Below, one piece after another: positions 34,887 to 44,832 of a DNA stretch of 64,000 nucleotides (positions within the stretch are counted from its first letter, which is position 1; every line of letters begins with the position of its first letter). A model generated the notes under the pieces. The model was not told where the DNA came from. It did no database searches and worked only from the letters and a program-made list of their open reading frames with translations. This stretch comes from Candidatus Latescibacterota bacterium (GTDB lineage: Bacteria > Latescibacterota > UBA2968 > UBA8231): NCBI GenBank assembly GCA_965217585.1, contig OZ244561.1:4736001-4800000 (forward strand). The letters run 5' to 3'. A program made the position numbers and the translations under genes.

Positions 34887-37492
34887 CCCCTTCTTTCGGC
34901 TGGCCGGCCACCCAAACGCTCTTCCTCTTGCCCGGCATAGATTTCGATGAAGGCAATCGTATTGCTCACGTCTTGGTCGGCGAGGTTGACAAAGTTGATG
35001 TCGTTGACCTGAAAGCCAACGTTGGATGTGATGCTATACCCTAGGTACTGCACCCGATTGGTGTACTGCACGGTGAACACCTTGCCGATGAAGTCGTCGA
35101 TGTACTCGGGCGGCAGCGGATCTGGGATCGCCTCGGCGTTGCGGAAGATTATGGCTTCGACCCCGACCTCGACGCGGCTTCTGGTCAGCACCGGAAACAC
35201 GGCGGACAGGGAGAAAATTTCGCTTAATTCGTTGATCTCAAGCTGGACGGCGCGCGGTTGGGTGCGCTTGCGCCATATGTTTTTCCAGCGCGGGATCAAG
35301 GTGACGTTGCGCCCAATAGAAAACGGATAGTCCGCCTTGTTGATCGCGCCGAAGAACGCGCTGTCGCGGAGGCGCTCGGCTGCTTCATCGCGCTGCTTGA
35401 AGTGATCGAGGCGGAACTTGTTGACAAAGGTCAGGTTGCCGCGGGTGTACTTGTAGCCGACGAAGCTCTGGTTGACGATGGTGTTTTCGGTGATCAGGGG
35501 ATCGTCAAAAGGTTGCAAGCCACCAATGGAGCCGGGGCGCTGCACCCATTGCAGCAGATTGTCGGCGATGTTATCCTCGACGGACTTGAGCATGTGAAAG
35601 ACCTCGAACTTGCCCGTCCTAGAGACATCGCGCACCGCGCTGAGCAACGCGTACACGGCTGTTGACCGCTCTTCGCCAGCGATCAGCCACTCGCGATTGC
35701 GACCTATGGTAATATTGATCCCTGGGTAAATCTCGGCCCCCCCGTACAGGTTCCAGCCGCGATGGCCCTTGCGGTAGGGATAGTCGGCGTCGTCGTCGTT
35801 TTCAAAGCGATCCACCACGGTGTTGTGGTTCATATCGACGCCGAAGAGGAAGTCGGGTGCGTCGATGTAGTGGCGCAAGAACGGCTCTTCGTAGTCCGGG
35901 GTGAGGTTGGAGTTTTCGTTGAAGTCCGAGAGCAGGTCGTTGTTTTCGTCGAGGCCGGGAAAGACGGCGTTGTCGCCGCCCGAGCCGCCAAAGCGCGGCC
36001 AATCGACGAGCTGGTCGTTGTCGTCGTTGTCGTCGATGTACTCGAACCAGTTCTGCCGCTGGTTTTCGTAATCCACGACACCGTTTTGGTCGGTGATGTA
36101 GCCGCGCGTGGCGTACCCGTAGTCCATGCTGAACACTTCGCCGTAGCCAAAGTAGCGGCCCGTGCGGCGCGTGGCGTTGAGGAACCAAGCATCGGCCGTG
36201 CGGTCGCTCTTTTTGAGGTTGCTCAGTTTCTGGATGTTGATGTTGGGATAGCGCTGAAACTGAGTATTGCGCGCGAATTCGCCGTGCACTTCCATGCCCC
36301 ACACATCCTCGATGACCAAGTCCACGCTGGCGATTTGGTTGGCCGAGGGCAGTCCGTAGTCAAAGCGGACGACGCGCTGGTTGGTGTTGTCGCGCACATT
36401 GCCTTCGGAGCGGGCGACCGGCAAGAAGATGGGCTGGCCGTTGATATTCGTCTGCAAGTTGGAGGTTATCTCCACTCGGTAGTCGTTGGAGAGCACCATG
36501 GCAAAGCTGACCTTTTGCACCACCAGCGGGTCGGGCACTCGGTAGCGGAGGAGGATGGGGGCCTCTTCGAGGGCTTCGAGAAAGCCCTCGCGCTGGCGAC
36601 CGCCCTCAATAGTGGGATTGACGGAGGTCTCTTGGCCATCGACGATCATCCGCGCCGAGAAAAACAGGGCACCGGAGCCATCGCCGGGCGAGTCGTCGGC
36701 GATGCGGATGACGATTTCGGTGACGTTGCCCGAATTCTGGCTGCTGGTCAGCAAGCCGGCGCGCGAGTTTTCCGCGAAATTGCTGCTCGCCGAGCTGAAG
36801 TTTGTATTGACATACGTGACCCCTAAGCCCATGAAGTCGCCGACTTGGGCGGTACCGCGCAGACCGACGAAGTTGGTGAAGTCCGTGTTTTGCACCCGGT
36901 TGCCGAACCCCCCGACCACCCTTACCGGCTGATTGACGCGAGACAACAGCACGGTGGCCTCGTACTTGTCGGACGCAAAGTCCCACTGGACGCCGTTGAA
37001 GCGCGAGCGGCTGAAGGTCAGCGGGGTCAGGGTCGTGCGGATTCGGTCGCCGATGGTCAGAGAGGAGTAGTACTGGCCCTTGGAGTCCGCGGCTACGATT
37101 AGGTTTTGGAACCACTGGCTGAATTTGGCGTCTTTGAAGACCGTGCTGCCAAAGGCCAGCGGCTGCTGTTGGCGCCACTCGTAGATGCGCCAGCCGCGGG
37201 TGATCCAATTGCCAAAAATATCGTACTGGCCCGTGCCCTCTAGCTGCGTGCTGACGTAGCGCTGGTAAGGCTCTTTAGCGTAGTTGGTGTACTTGTAGCC
37301 TCCCCAATGGTAGATGTAGTAGAGGTCTTGGGGCACGTACCACTTGCGCAGGGTCGGGATCAGCGGGTCGAAGCCCTCGATCCTAACCTGCGAAGTGGCG
37401 CCCCGCTCGCGCCCCGGGGTCGCCGCTTGGACGCTGGACGCCGCAACGGCTAGAACCAGCAAGGCAACCCCCCAGAACATAACTTTGCGCAT
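34874..37492 (-). CDS. Secreted beta-rich protein, candidate outer-membrane beta-barrel
   Basis: Signal peptide; many alternating hydrophobic/aromatic strands; Ca-binding-like DDNDDND, DENND and DMNHN loops; terminal Phe. Confidence 0.6.
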   Translation of the reverse strand: MRKVMFWGVALLVLAVAASSVQAATPGRERGATSQVRIEGFDPLIPTLRKWYVPQDLYYIYHWGGYKYTNYAKEPYQRYVSTQLEGTGQYDIFGNWITRGWRIYEWRQQQPLAFGSTVFKDAKFSQWFQNLIVAADSKGQYYSSLTIGDRIRTTLTPLTFSRSRFNGVQWDFASDKYEATVLLSRVNQPVRVVGGFGNRVQNTDFTNFVGLRGTAQVGDFMGLGVTYVNTNFSSASSNFAENSRAGLLTSSQNSGNVTEIVIRIADDSPGDGSGALFFSARMIVDGQETSVNPTIEGGRQREGFLEALEEAPILLRYRVPDPLVVQKVSFAMVLSNDYRVEITSNLQTNINGQPIFLPVARSEGNVRDNTNQRVVRFDYGLPSANQIASVDLVIEDVWGMEVHGEFARNTQFQRYPNINIQKLSNLKKSDRTADAWFLNATRRTGRYFGYGEVFSMDYGYATRGYITDQNGVVDYENQRQNWFEYIDDNDDNDQLVDWPRFGGSGGDNAVFPGLDENNDLLSDFNENSNLTPDYEEPFLRHYIDAPDFLFGVDMNHNTVVDRFENDDDADYPYRKGHRGWNLYGGAEIYPGINITIGRNREWLIAGEERSTAVYALLSAVRDVSRTGKFEVFHMLKSVEDNIADNLLQWVQRPGSIGGLQPFDDPLITENTIVNQSFVGYKYTRGNLTFVNKFRLDHFKQRDEAAERLRDSAFFGAINKADYPFSIGRNVTLIPRWKNIWRKRTQPRAVQLEINELSEIFSLSAVFPVLTRSRVEVGVEAIIFRNAEAIPDPLPPEYIDDFIGKVFTVQYTNRVQYLGYSITSNVGFQVNDINFVNLADQDVSNTIAFIEIYAGQEEERLGGRPAERRGWSF

Positions 37493-37582
37493 AACAACCC
37501 TCCCTTAGGCGTTCACTTGTGCTTGGTGCGCGGCTAGCCACGCGGTAAAAAGTCGGCGGCCGAGATACCCCGGCCATGTCGG

Positions 37583-39364
37583 TCAGTACACTACGGCAAT
37601 GCTCCGCATCTGCGTGGCGATGCCGGCGTCGGTAGCGGCCTTGAGGCGAAGCAGGTACATACCCGGCGGCACTGCGCCGGCGGCGTCGCGGCCATCCCAG
37701 CTAACTTGGTTGGGGCCGGAGCGGTCGTGGGCTTTGTAGAGACGATGCACCGGCCGGCCGCTCAAGTCGTACACGACGACCTCGACTTCAACCTCGTGGG
37801 TCGCCTTGAGCAGGATGTAGTCGAGGGTGATCTGGTCGTTGATGTCATCGCCATTGGGCGTTATTACCGCGGACGAAAACACGACGCCGGTAAAAAGCTC
37901 GTCGTCGATGCGGGCACTGACGACGAGCGTGTTGTCGGTGACTTCCTCGGCTGCATCGCCAAAGGCGACTCGCTGCGGAAACGCGTCGGACTGGCTGTCG
38001 GCGACCTCGCCGCGAAATTCCGTGCCAGAGACGGTTACCAAACTAGCGAAGCGCACGGCGACTTCTTGGCCACTGCGGGTGATGCGCTCATCGGGGAAGC
38101 TCACCTGTAAGCGGCCCAAATCGGACGCCGAGGTGAAGTTGTCAATCTCGACACCATCGACGCTCACTCCCGTGGCGCGGGCCGCAAACGGAGTGTGGAT
38201 GATCACGGTGTCGAAGCCGCGATTGCCGCTCGAGACGACCGAGCGCAGGTGATAGGTAAATTCGTTCTCCTGCCCAAGGGTCGCCGTGGCCGGGCTGATT
38301 TCGGCGATGACCGAATCGGCGAGGGCCGGCACCGTGTAGTTGAAGACCACCGAGTCGATGATGGCTTTGTCGAGCAAGCTGCTCGACAGGAGCTTGAATT
38401 GGAACTGGAGGTAGCGCCGGTTGTCCGGCGAATTGATCGGGGAGCCGAGGAGCTCGGCATAGGGCGGGGACCACGCACTCCAGTCGCGGTCGTTTTCGAC
38501 AATGATGCCGGCGTACGACGGATCGAGCATGCGATCGAAGTCTTCGATAGCCACTTCCTCGTATGCGCCGGGAATGCCCGTCTGGCGGAAGTAGAGCGAG
38601 TCCGTGGCGACAAAGCCGGTCTTGGTGCTGAACTGGGCTTGGGCGCTGCTGTCGATGCGGCTGTACATATCGACCGGCCCGAAGTTGGCCGCTTCACCTA
38701 GATCAATCACTTGCGATATGTACTGGGCGAAGGGCGTGACACCGACGCCAAAAACTTCGAGATCGCCCATCTGGAAGCCGCGTTCGCCCGTGCTGCGCAG
38801 CCTAAAAAAGCGCACCTGCGTCGGCGTGAAGCTCAAATCCAGCCCGGGCAGGCCGTGCGAGCGGTCTTGTGCTATGATCACGTAAATGGGATTGCCGCCG
38901 ACAAAGTTGAGCGAATCGCCGTCGTTGACGTAGAACTCGTAGCCGCGCAGCGAGCGCTCGTCGTCGTTGAGGACGCCCCGCAACAGGCGAATGCGGTGCA
39001 GGACGAAAATCGCGCCCATATCGACTTCGAGTTCGGCACCGTTGGGGTTGGTGTACACGCGCCAGCCCGTGGTGTACTCGCCGTCGATGAGTTCGTTGAG
39101 TATCTGGTTGGAGCGCGCTGCGGCCGTGCGCACCGAGGTGGTCGCGCTGCCGCCGAGTTCCTTGATGCGCGGCAGGATATTTTCCTCGGGATCGGCCTCC
39201 AGCGGCGAGAGACCGCCCTCGTCGGTGACTTCGAGAGCGTTGAAGACGAGCGAGTTGCTCTCCCACTCCAGCCCATCGCCGCCTATTTTGAGCCGTTCCG
39301 CGGCCGTGGCCGGAGTGCTGCATCCCATCGCTAGGCAGGCTAATGCGAGTGCGGCACGGATCAT
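37583..39364 (-). CDS. Secreted FlgD-Ig C-terminal domain protein, short type
   Basis: WSAWSPPY, SPDNRRYLQ, TPNGDDIND, YDLSGR, WDGRD, ends IAVVY. Confidence 0.8.
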   Translation of the reverse strand: MIRAALALACLAMGCSTPATAAERLKIGGDGLEWESNSLVFNALEVTDEGGLSPLEADPEENILPRIKELGGSATTSVRTAAARSNQILNELIDGEYTTGWRVYTNPNGAELEVDMGAIFVLHRIRLLRGVLNDDERSLRGYEFYVNDGDSLNFVGGNPIYVIIAQDRSHGLPGLDLSFTPTQVRFFRLRSTGERGFQMGDLEVFGVGVTPFAQYISQVIDLGEAANFGPVDMYSRIDSSAQAQFSTKTGFVATDSLYFRQTGIPGAYEEVAIEDFDRMLDPSYAGIIVENDRDWSAWSPPYAELLGSPINSPDNRRYLQFQFKLLSSSLLDKAIIDSVVFNYTVPALADSVIAEISPATATLGQENEFTYHLRSVVSSGNRGFDTVIIHTPFAARATGVSVDGVEIDNFTSASDLGRLQVSFPDERITRSGQEVAVRFASLVTVSGTEFRGEVADSQSDAFPQRVAFGDAAEEVTDNTLVVSARIDDELFTGVVFSSAVITPNGDDINDQITLDYILLKATHEVEVEVVVYDLSGRPVHRLYKAHDRSGPNQVSWDGRDAAGAVPPGMYLLRLKAATDAGIATQMRSIAVVY

Positions 39365-39405
39365 CGCTGTTCCTTTTTGCTGTAAGGTGGCAAAAGCACG
39401 TCCTC

Positions 39406-41760
39406 TTAGTAGGCCACCGGCACGATCCGCTGCACCGTCTCGGTCAGGGAGTCGCCGGCAATCTCAATCTGCACTAAATAGGTCCCCGGTTTCACGAGCG
39501 CTCCTGCGCCGTCGCGGCCGTTCCAAGTGAAGCGGTAGCGCCGAGCGAGCCCATCGCCGCTGTCGAGGACGCGCACTTGGCGGCCGGCCAAGTCGTAGAT
39601 GTGGACCCGGATCGGCCGCGGCGTCACCAGCTTGAGCGCGTCGAATTCAACGGCTAGCTCGTCGCCGACCCCATCGCCATTGGGCGTCAGCACGGGCGTC
39701 GAAAGGGCGATGTTGGCCAGCAAGAGATCGTTGATCGGCAGTTGCACCGAGACGGATTCGCTTGGCACATCGGTTTTGGCATCGCCTTGGTCAACGAGCT
39801 GGCGCACGTCGGTGCCGAGGTTGCTGTTGCCGAGAAAAAGGTCGAAGCGCGTCTGGTTTTGGTAAATGGTACTGCTGAACGAGAGTTCGATTAGATCCGA
39901 GCGGCGGACTGTGGTTGGTAGATCGACGACAAACCCCTCGGCGAGCGGAGTGATTTCGACTTCCACTGGCTCGTCGCCCAATTTCAGACTGGTGAAATCA
40001 ACGGGCACGGACGCGGTCATGGTCAGGCGGTCAAAGCCCTGCGAGCGCCCGCCAAAGATCGGCAGGACGAAGTACGTAAAGTCCTTTTTGACGCCCGGTT
40101 CGACCTGACTGGGGAAGACCTCGGCGCGGGTTTCGAGGGCAATGGGATTTTCCGCGTTCAAATGTAGAGCATTGATCGACGGTGCCGCGTTGGGATCGTC
40201 TGAGATCAGGCGCAAGTCGAGTTGGACATAGCGGCGCGGCGAGGGCGAGCTAAAGAGCGCGCCCGAGGTCACATAGGGATCGCTCCAGACGCTCCAGTCC
40301 GAGCCGACGGAAATCGTGACTTCGGTCGGCCCGCGCAAGCTCTTGGGCGTTTTGTTCCACTTCCGCTCGGTGATCTCTTTGCCCTTCTTGTCGAAGTAGT
40401 GAATATTCTCGACGACTTCATTGCCGGTGCGGCTGCGCAGCTCGATGCGCGTGCTGGGCAGGACCTCGGCGTCCCACTCAACCGAGGTCAGGGCTTTGGC
40501 TGCACCGAGGTCGAGGATCGGCGAAGTTAGCTGCAACTCGGCTGGAAAGCCTTCGCCGTAGATCTGGAACTCGCTAATCAGGGCGAAGAGGCGGTAGTAG
40601 GAGCGGCCGCCGTGGCGGGAGGAAGGGAAATACTGCTTGATGTAGCGGATTTTCTGCAACTCGAATTGGTGGTCGAAGTTGCGGATATCCGTCTCGTTCA
40701 GCGGGCTGTCGTCGACAAAGGCGATCTCGTGGAAATTCAGGGTGCCGTCTGGAGCGATCGAGCCGTTGGAAGCGAGGAGTTGGTACCAAAAAAAGTTGGC
40801 GTAGCGGCTGCGAATCCGCGACGGGGCACCGGCCGGCTCGCCGATGATGCGGATCTGGTCAATCCAGTAATGGGCCCCTAGATCGAAGATGATGCGATTG
40901 AAGATGTCGAAGCCGGTTTGGGTCTGGTGATAAGTCTGCATGGCCCAGTAGGTGACAATATCGCCGTCAACCATGTTCTCGCCGCCGGAGAGCACGGCCT
41001 GCAAGTCGGTGATGATGTCGATATTGCCACCGCGCTCAATGATCCCGAGGGAGATGTTGTCGCCGATAGTGGAGACCGAAATCTCGGCCAGGGCGGCACC
41101 CTCGACGAACTTGGACAGCTCAATGCGGATGATGCGAACTAGGCCCGAGGATTCCTTGAACTTGCGGACGGTTCCATCGACAAAGCCGCCACCGATGTCG
41201 TTCGAGCCGGATGCGCTCAAGCCCAAGGTGCGCTGGCGGGGGTCGAGGACGAGTTCGTGGCTCTCATTGAAGCCAATCCCCTTGGAGAGACTGTAGCCCA
41301 AGGTGCCTTCTATAGGTACCAGTGCGTTGGTAAAAAACTGCTCGCCACTCGACAGCAGGATGGTGAAAAACTCAAAGGGCGGCGCAGACTTGTCAAAAGT
41401 GATGACGATCTCGGAGGCAGTCACCAAGCGGCCCAAGTCGAGTGCGATATAGGCGTTTTCAATGCCGTCGGCTGGGTTGGGCGACCAGCTAGTCGCCGGG
41501 TCGCCATCCATGATGTGGCCAGCGTCGCGGGCGTTGCTGCCAACGCTGCGGATGCCGCCGCCAAAATCCTCGGCATCGCGCACGGCGTCGATGTTTTTGC
41601 GCACGGGCACGGGCTGGATGCGGCCAGTCGCTTGTAGTTCCACAGAGCCGACCGGGTGCGTCCACTCTTGCCAAGCGGAGCGGGAGTCAAACGAGACGCG
41701 CTCGCCAAAGACGAAGCTGCTCAATGCTATAACGAGTCCTAGTACACGAGTGATTGTCAT
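39406..41760 (-). CDS. Secreted FlgD-Ig C-terminal domain protein, long type
   Basis: WSVWSDPY, SPSPRRYVQ, TPNGDGVGD, YDLAGR, ends VPVAY; start between 41760 and 41775. Confidence 0.8.
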   Translation of the reverse strand: MTITRVLGLVIALSSFVFGERVSFDSRSAWQEWTHPVGSVELQATGRIQPVPVRKNIDAVRDAEDFGGGIRSVGSNARDAGHIMDGDPATSWSPNPADGIENAYIALDLGRLVTASEIVITFDKSAPPFEFFTILLSSGEQFFTNALVPIEGTLGYSLSKGIGFNESHELVLDPRQRTLGLSASGSNDIGGGFVDGTVRKFKESSGLVRIIRIELSKFVEGAALAEISVSTIGDNISLGIIERGGNIDIITDLQAVLSGGENMVDGDIVTYWAMQTYHQTQTGFDIFNRIIFDLGAHYWIDQIRIIGEPAGAPSRIRSRYANFFWYQLLASNGSIAPDGTLNFHEIAFVDDSPLNETDIRNFDHQFELQKIRYIKQYFPSSRHGGRSYYRLFALISEFQIYGEGFPAELQLTSPILDLGAAKALTSVEWDAEVLPSTRIELRSRTGNEVVENIHYFDKKGKEITERKWNKTPKSLRGPTEVTISVGSDWSVWSDPYVTSGALFSSPSPRRYVQLDLRLISDDPNAAPSINALHLNAENPIALETRAEVFPSQVEPGVKKDFTYFVLPIFGGRSQGFDRLTMTASVPVDFTSLKLGDEPVEVEITPLAEGFVVDLPTTVRRSDLIELSFSSTIYQNQTRFDLFLGNSNLGTDVRQLVDQGDAKTDVPSESVSVQLPINDLLLANIALSTPVLTPNGDGVGDELAVEFDALKLVTPRPIRVHIYDLAGRQVRVLDSGDGLARRYRFTWNGRDGAGALVKPGTYLVQIEIAGDSLTETVQRIVPVAY

Positions 41761-41806
41761 AGCCATGCTCCCCATGCCATAGTGAGATGGACGCGGGCCG
41801 CGCTCT

Positions 41807-43606
41807 TCAGTACGCCAGCCCCACCAGCAGCGACCGGTCTTCAGAGCCGGTATCCGTATCAATGGAAAGTCGCAAGATGTAGAGCCCCGGCGGCACGGTG
41901 GCACCACTTTCGTCCAAGCCGTCCCAAGCCACTTGCTGCGGTCCGTTGAGCGCGCCGCTTTTTTGCAAGTGCCGTACCGAGCGGCCCGCGAGGTCGTACA
42001 AGGTCAGATCGGCGGGTACCTGCGAGAGAGCACGCAGCAAGATATAGGACACATATAGCTGGTCGTTGATCCCATCGCCGTTGGGGCTGAAAATCGGCGG
42101 ATCAGCCTTCAACTCGAGGACAAGCTCTTGGCGCAACACGCCTTGGATGGACAGGCGATCGGCCTGCGCCTCAGGGGTCGCGTCCCCGGCCACCACGTCT
42201 TGGCCGAGTTCACCGGTCTGACTGTCGAAAACTTTAGCGAAAAAAGTAGTGCCATAGACGGTTACCATGGCCTCGAAGCGGATGCGCAAAAGCTGGCCTG
42301 ATTCGGTCACTCGGTCGTCGGTCAGTTGGATGGCCAGCCTGCTCTCGTCCTGCGCGTCCTCTTCTGTAAAGGATACGGACACTCCGTCTAGCTCGACGCT
42401 ATTGACCGTCGCCTTGAAAGGCGTGCGTATTTCCACGCGGTCGAATCCGTCGTTGGCAGCGCCGAAAGTCGAGCGGATGTAGTAGTCGAAGATGTTGCTC
42501 TCGCCGAGAGTGACCGTCGCTGGAGTGACTTCGGCCGTCAACTCTTCGGCCAGCGTCGGGATTGAATAGTCAAAGGAGAACGAATCGACAAAGGCCGACT
42601 GGCGCGCGTCGTCGGACGAAAACAACAGGCGGAACTGGATGTAGCGGCGGTTGCCCGGCGAGAGTAGATCGCCAAAGAAATCCTCGTATGGTGCCGACCA
42701 AGGGCTCCACTCGTCGATGTTGTCGACGATCTCGCCCTTATTGGACGAGGTCAGATCGTCGTACTCGGCGGCCGCCTCGGGCGAGCCGATCGGCAAGATA
42801 GGCTCTTCCTGCCGATCCTCGCCCTCAAAGATCTCGGTTTTGCGATAGTAAATTTTGGGATCGGGCACCGTGCCCGTGCGCGTCTGCAATACCACGTTAG
42901 TCAAGGGGTCGGAGCGGGTCGGCAAGCGAATTTGGCCAAAGTTGGCCGTCTCGCCGAGGTCGATGACTTCGGCGAGATAACTGCCGGTGGGCGCGAAGCC
43001 GTCGCCAAAGACCTCGACTTCCTCGATGATGAACTCTTGGCCCGAGCGGCTGATTAGGCGGATGAAGCGCACGAATTGGAGGGGGATATGAGCGTCGATA
43101 TCCGCTTCGCTCTGTTCGAGGTTTGCGCTGACTTGGTTGATGAAGGCGATCGGAAGGTCTTCGCGCAGTTGCGCGGGGTCGCCGTCGTGAACAAAAAGCT
43201 CATAGGCGCGGAGGAAGATGTCGGGGTTACACTGAAAGCGAATGCGGTTGATCGGCAGGATCGCGCCTAAGTCGATGAGCATGGAGGTGCCGTCGGGGCG
43301 TCGCCCGCGCGTGACGCGCCAGAAGGTATCGGCATTGCCATCGGTGAGCAGGCCGGTCAGATCTTCGCGCGACTGCGGCGAGGAGATGTTGCCACCTCGC
43401 CGCCTCAGAGTGAGGTTTTCGACGGCATTGGTGGTCGAGTCCACCACGGCCGGGAACAGGGCGGATTCGTCGGTGGTGAGTCCGGTCAACCCACCAACAT
43501 CGTCCCATACAAAGCCAGAGCCTCCCGCGGTCCACACATCCACAGCGCCGGCCGCCCTAGCGCCCATCGCAATGCAGATCAACAGCCTAAATCGCCATTT
43601 GAACAT
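41807..43606 (-). CDS. Secreted FlgD-Ig C-terminal domain protein, short type
   Basis: WSPWSAPY, SPGNRRYIQ, SPNGDGIND, YDLAGR, ends VGLAY. Confidence 0.8.
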   Translation of the reverse strand: MFKWRFRLLICIAMGARAAGAVDVWTAGGSGFVWDDVGGLTGLTTDESALFPAVVDSTTNAVENLTLRRRGGNISSPQSREDLTGLLTDGNADTFWRVTRGRRPDGTSMLIDLGAILPINRIRFQCNPDIFLRAYELFVHDGDPAQLREDLPIAFINQVSANLEQSEADIDAHIPLQFVRFIRLISRSGQEFIIEEVEVFGDGFAPTGSYLAEVIDLGETANFGQIRLPTRSDPLTNVVLQTRTGTVPDPKIYYRKTEIFEGEDRQEEPILPIGSPEAAAEYDDLTSSNKGEIVDNIDEWSPWSAPYEDFFGDLLSPGNRRYIQFRLLFSSDDARQSAFVDSFSFDYSIPTLAEELTAEVTPATVTLGESNIFDYYIRSTFGAANDGFDRVEIRTPFKATVNSVELDGVSVSFTEEDAQDESRLAIQLTDDRVTESGQLLRIRFEAMVTVYGTTFFAKVFDSQTGELGQDVVAGDATPEAQADRLSIQGVLRQELVLELKADPPIFSPNGDGINDQLYVSYILLRALSQVPADLTLYDLAGRSVRHLQKSGALNGPQQVAWDGLDESGATVPPGLYILRLSIDTDTGSEDRSLLVGLAY

Positions 43607-43633
43607 AGCGCGTGTCGCCTCTCACCCCATAGA

Positions 43634-43671
43634 CAAAACAAGGGGAGGGGAATCCATTCCCCTCCCCTTGT
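43634..43671 (-). terminator. Strong hairpin downstream of the 43708-44619 gene
   Basis: acaaggggaggggaat-cc-attcccctccccttgt, perfect arms, followed by a short T run on the minus strand. Confidence 0.8.
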
Positions 43672-43707
43672 GAACGTAAACTTAAGACGAAGACTGCTAA
43701 AGCTGGT

Positions 43708-44619
43708 TTAGAGTTCTTCGCCTACCAGCGACTTGATCTGGCCCCAAGAGCTTTCCTCAACCGCTGTATCCACGGCTTCGATCGGCGTCAGGTAAATGTC
43801 GGGCATGCCGCCGCTGTTCATAAACTGCTCGGCCATGCTGTACTGGGCCTGCCAGAAGAAACCTTCATCGGCACCCCCCTCAACGGTCGGATCGTTGCCG
43901 TTGGCGTTGAGACCTTCGTCGGCGTCGTCAATCGAGATCGACATGCCGATGGTCTGCTCGGCCGTTAGCGTCCACACCGTGCTGGCGTCCGGGCCGCCGC
44001 TGATCGAGATCGGGTCCATCAGCTCGGCGCTGAACTCGTAGTAGTACTCTTGGCCTTGGTTGACGTGACCGGCCTCTACGAAGTCCGTATGGGTCCACCA
44101 GAAGTTCAGGGCGTCCTGCTCGAAATTGCTCAGCGCGCCGTTGTACATTTGGACGCGCGAGAACTGCTCGGAGAAGCTCAGGCACATCTGGTAGGCTGGC
44201 TGCAGGTCTTGGTCGTTGGGTGCCGAGTACGGGCCGCCGCCTTGGTTGTCGGGATCGAAATGCACTTCGCAGTTGTCGTCGCGAAAAGTGCAGTTGGGGT
44301 TCTTATCGACGATCAGGAAGTCGTCGTGGACGTGAACCATAGCGTGGATGCGGTTGTTGGCATCGCTCCAGCCGATGATCAGGTCAATGAACAGGTCATC
44401 GGCATCGTCGGCACCGCCGGTCAGCGGATTCATGTCTTCAATGGTGACCTCAAAGCTGCGATCAACCCAAGCCCAGTCGGCATTGTCGCCATCGATGGTG
44501 GGCAGGGCGTTGCCGGGGATACCCACGGCAAAAAAGAGCGGTACTTCAGCCGGCTCCTGCGCGAAAGCAGCACCAGCGACGAGCAACGCACCTAGATTCA
44601 AAGCTAGGACTTTGCGCAT
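43708..44619 (-). CDS. Secreted acidic CBM9/DOMON-like protein with C-terminal TAVE..SWGQIK motif
   Basis: Signal peptide; PTIDGDNADW, VHDD, DNCEVHFDPDN, IGMSISIDDAD; strong AAGGAGG RBS. Confidence 0.75.
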   Translation of the reverse strand: MRKVLALNLGALLVAGAAFAQEPAEVPLFFAVGIPGNALPTIDGDNADWAWVDRSFEVTIEDMNPLTGGADDADDLFIDLIIGWSDANNRIHAMVHVHDDFLIVDKNPNCTFRDDNCEVHFDPDNQGGGPYSAPNDQDLQPAYQMCLSFSEQFSRVQMYNGALSNFEQDALNFWWTHTDFVEAGHVNQGQEYYYEFSAELMDPISISGGPDASTVWTLTAEQTIGMSISIDDADEGLNANGNDPTVEGGADEGFFWQAQYSMAEQFMNSGGMPDIYLTPIEAVDTAVEESSWGQIKSLVGEEL

Positions 44620-44660
44620 TGTTAAATCCTCCTTGATGATGATTCTGTACGTGAAAAGTT

Positions 44661-44810
44661 AAAAGAAAAGGCCCGCCACAGGGTTCAACGGGCGAAATTA
44701 CGAGGTTACTTAAGTAGCGGTTGGTACTTCGAACCTCCTTTCATCGGCGATTTTTGGTCCATTCTTCTTAATTAGTCGAGTAAACAAATAAATATGTGCT
44801 TATTTGTCAA
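44661..44810 (-). promoter_or_regulatory. Promoter/operator plus structured leader (possible 18-aa uORF and terminator-like hairpin)
   Basis: TTGACA at 44810-44805 overlapped by inverted repeat acaaataa-N8-ttatttgt (44784-44807); uORF 44762-44706 MDQKSPMKGGSKYQPLLK; hairpin 44671-44693 with U-tract. Confidence 0.55.
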
Positions 44811-44832
44811 GATTTTTTTGCCAGCGAATCCC

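Noticed and set aside
35762-36826. 354-aa plus-strand ORF and similar V/D/A-rich ORFs throughout the window
   Set aside because: These are typical antisense open frames of high-GC coding genes.
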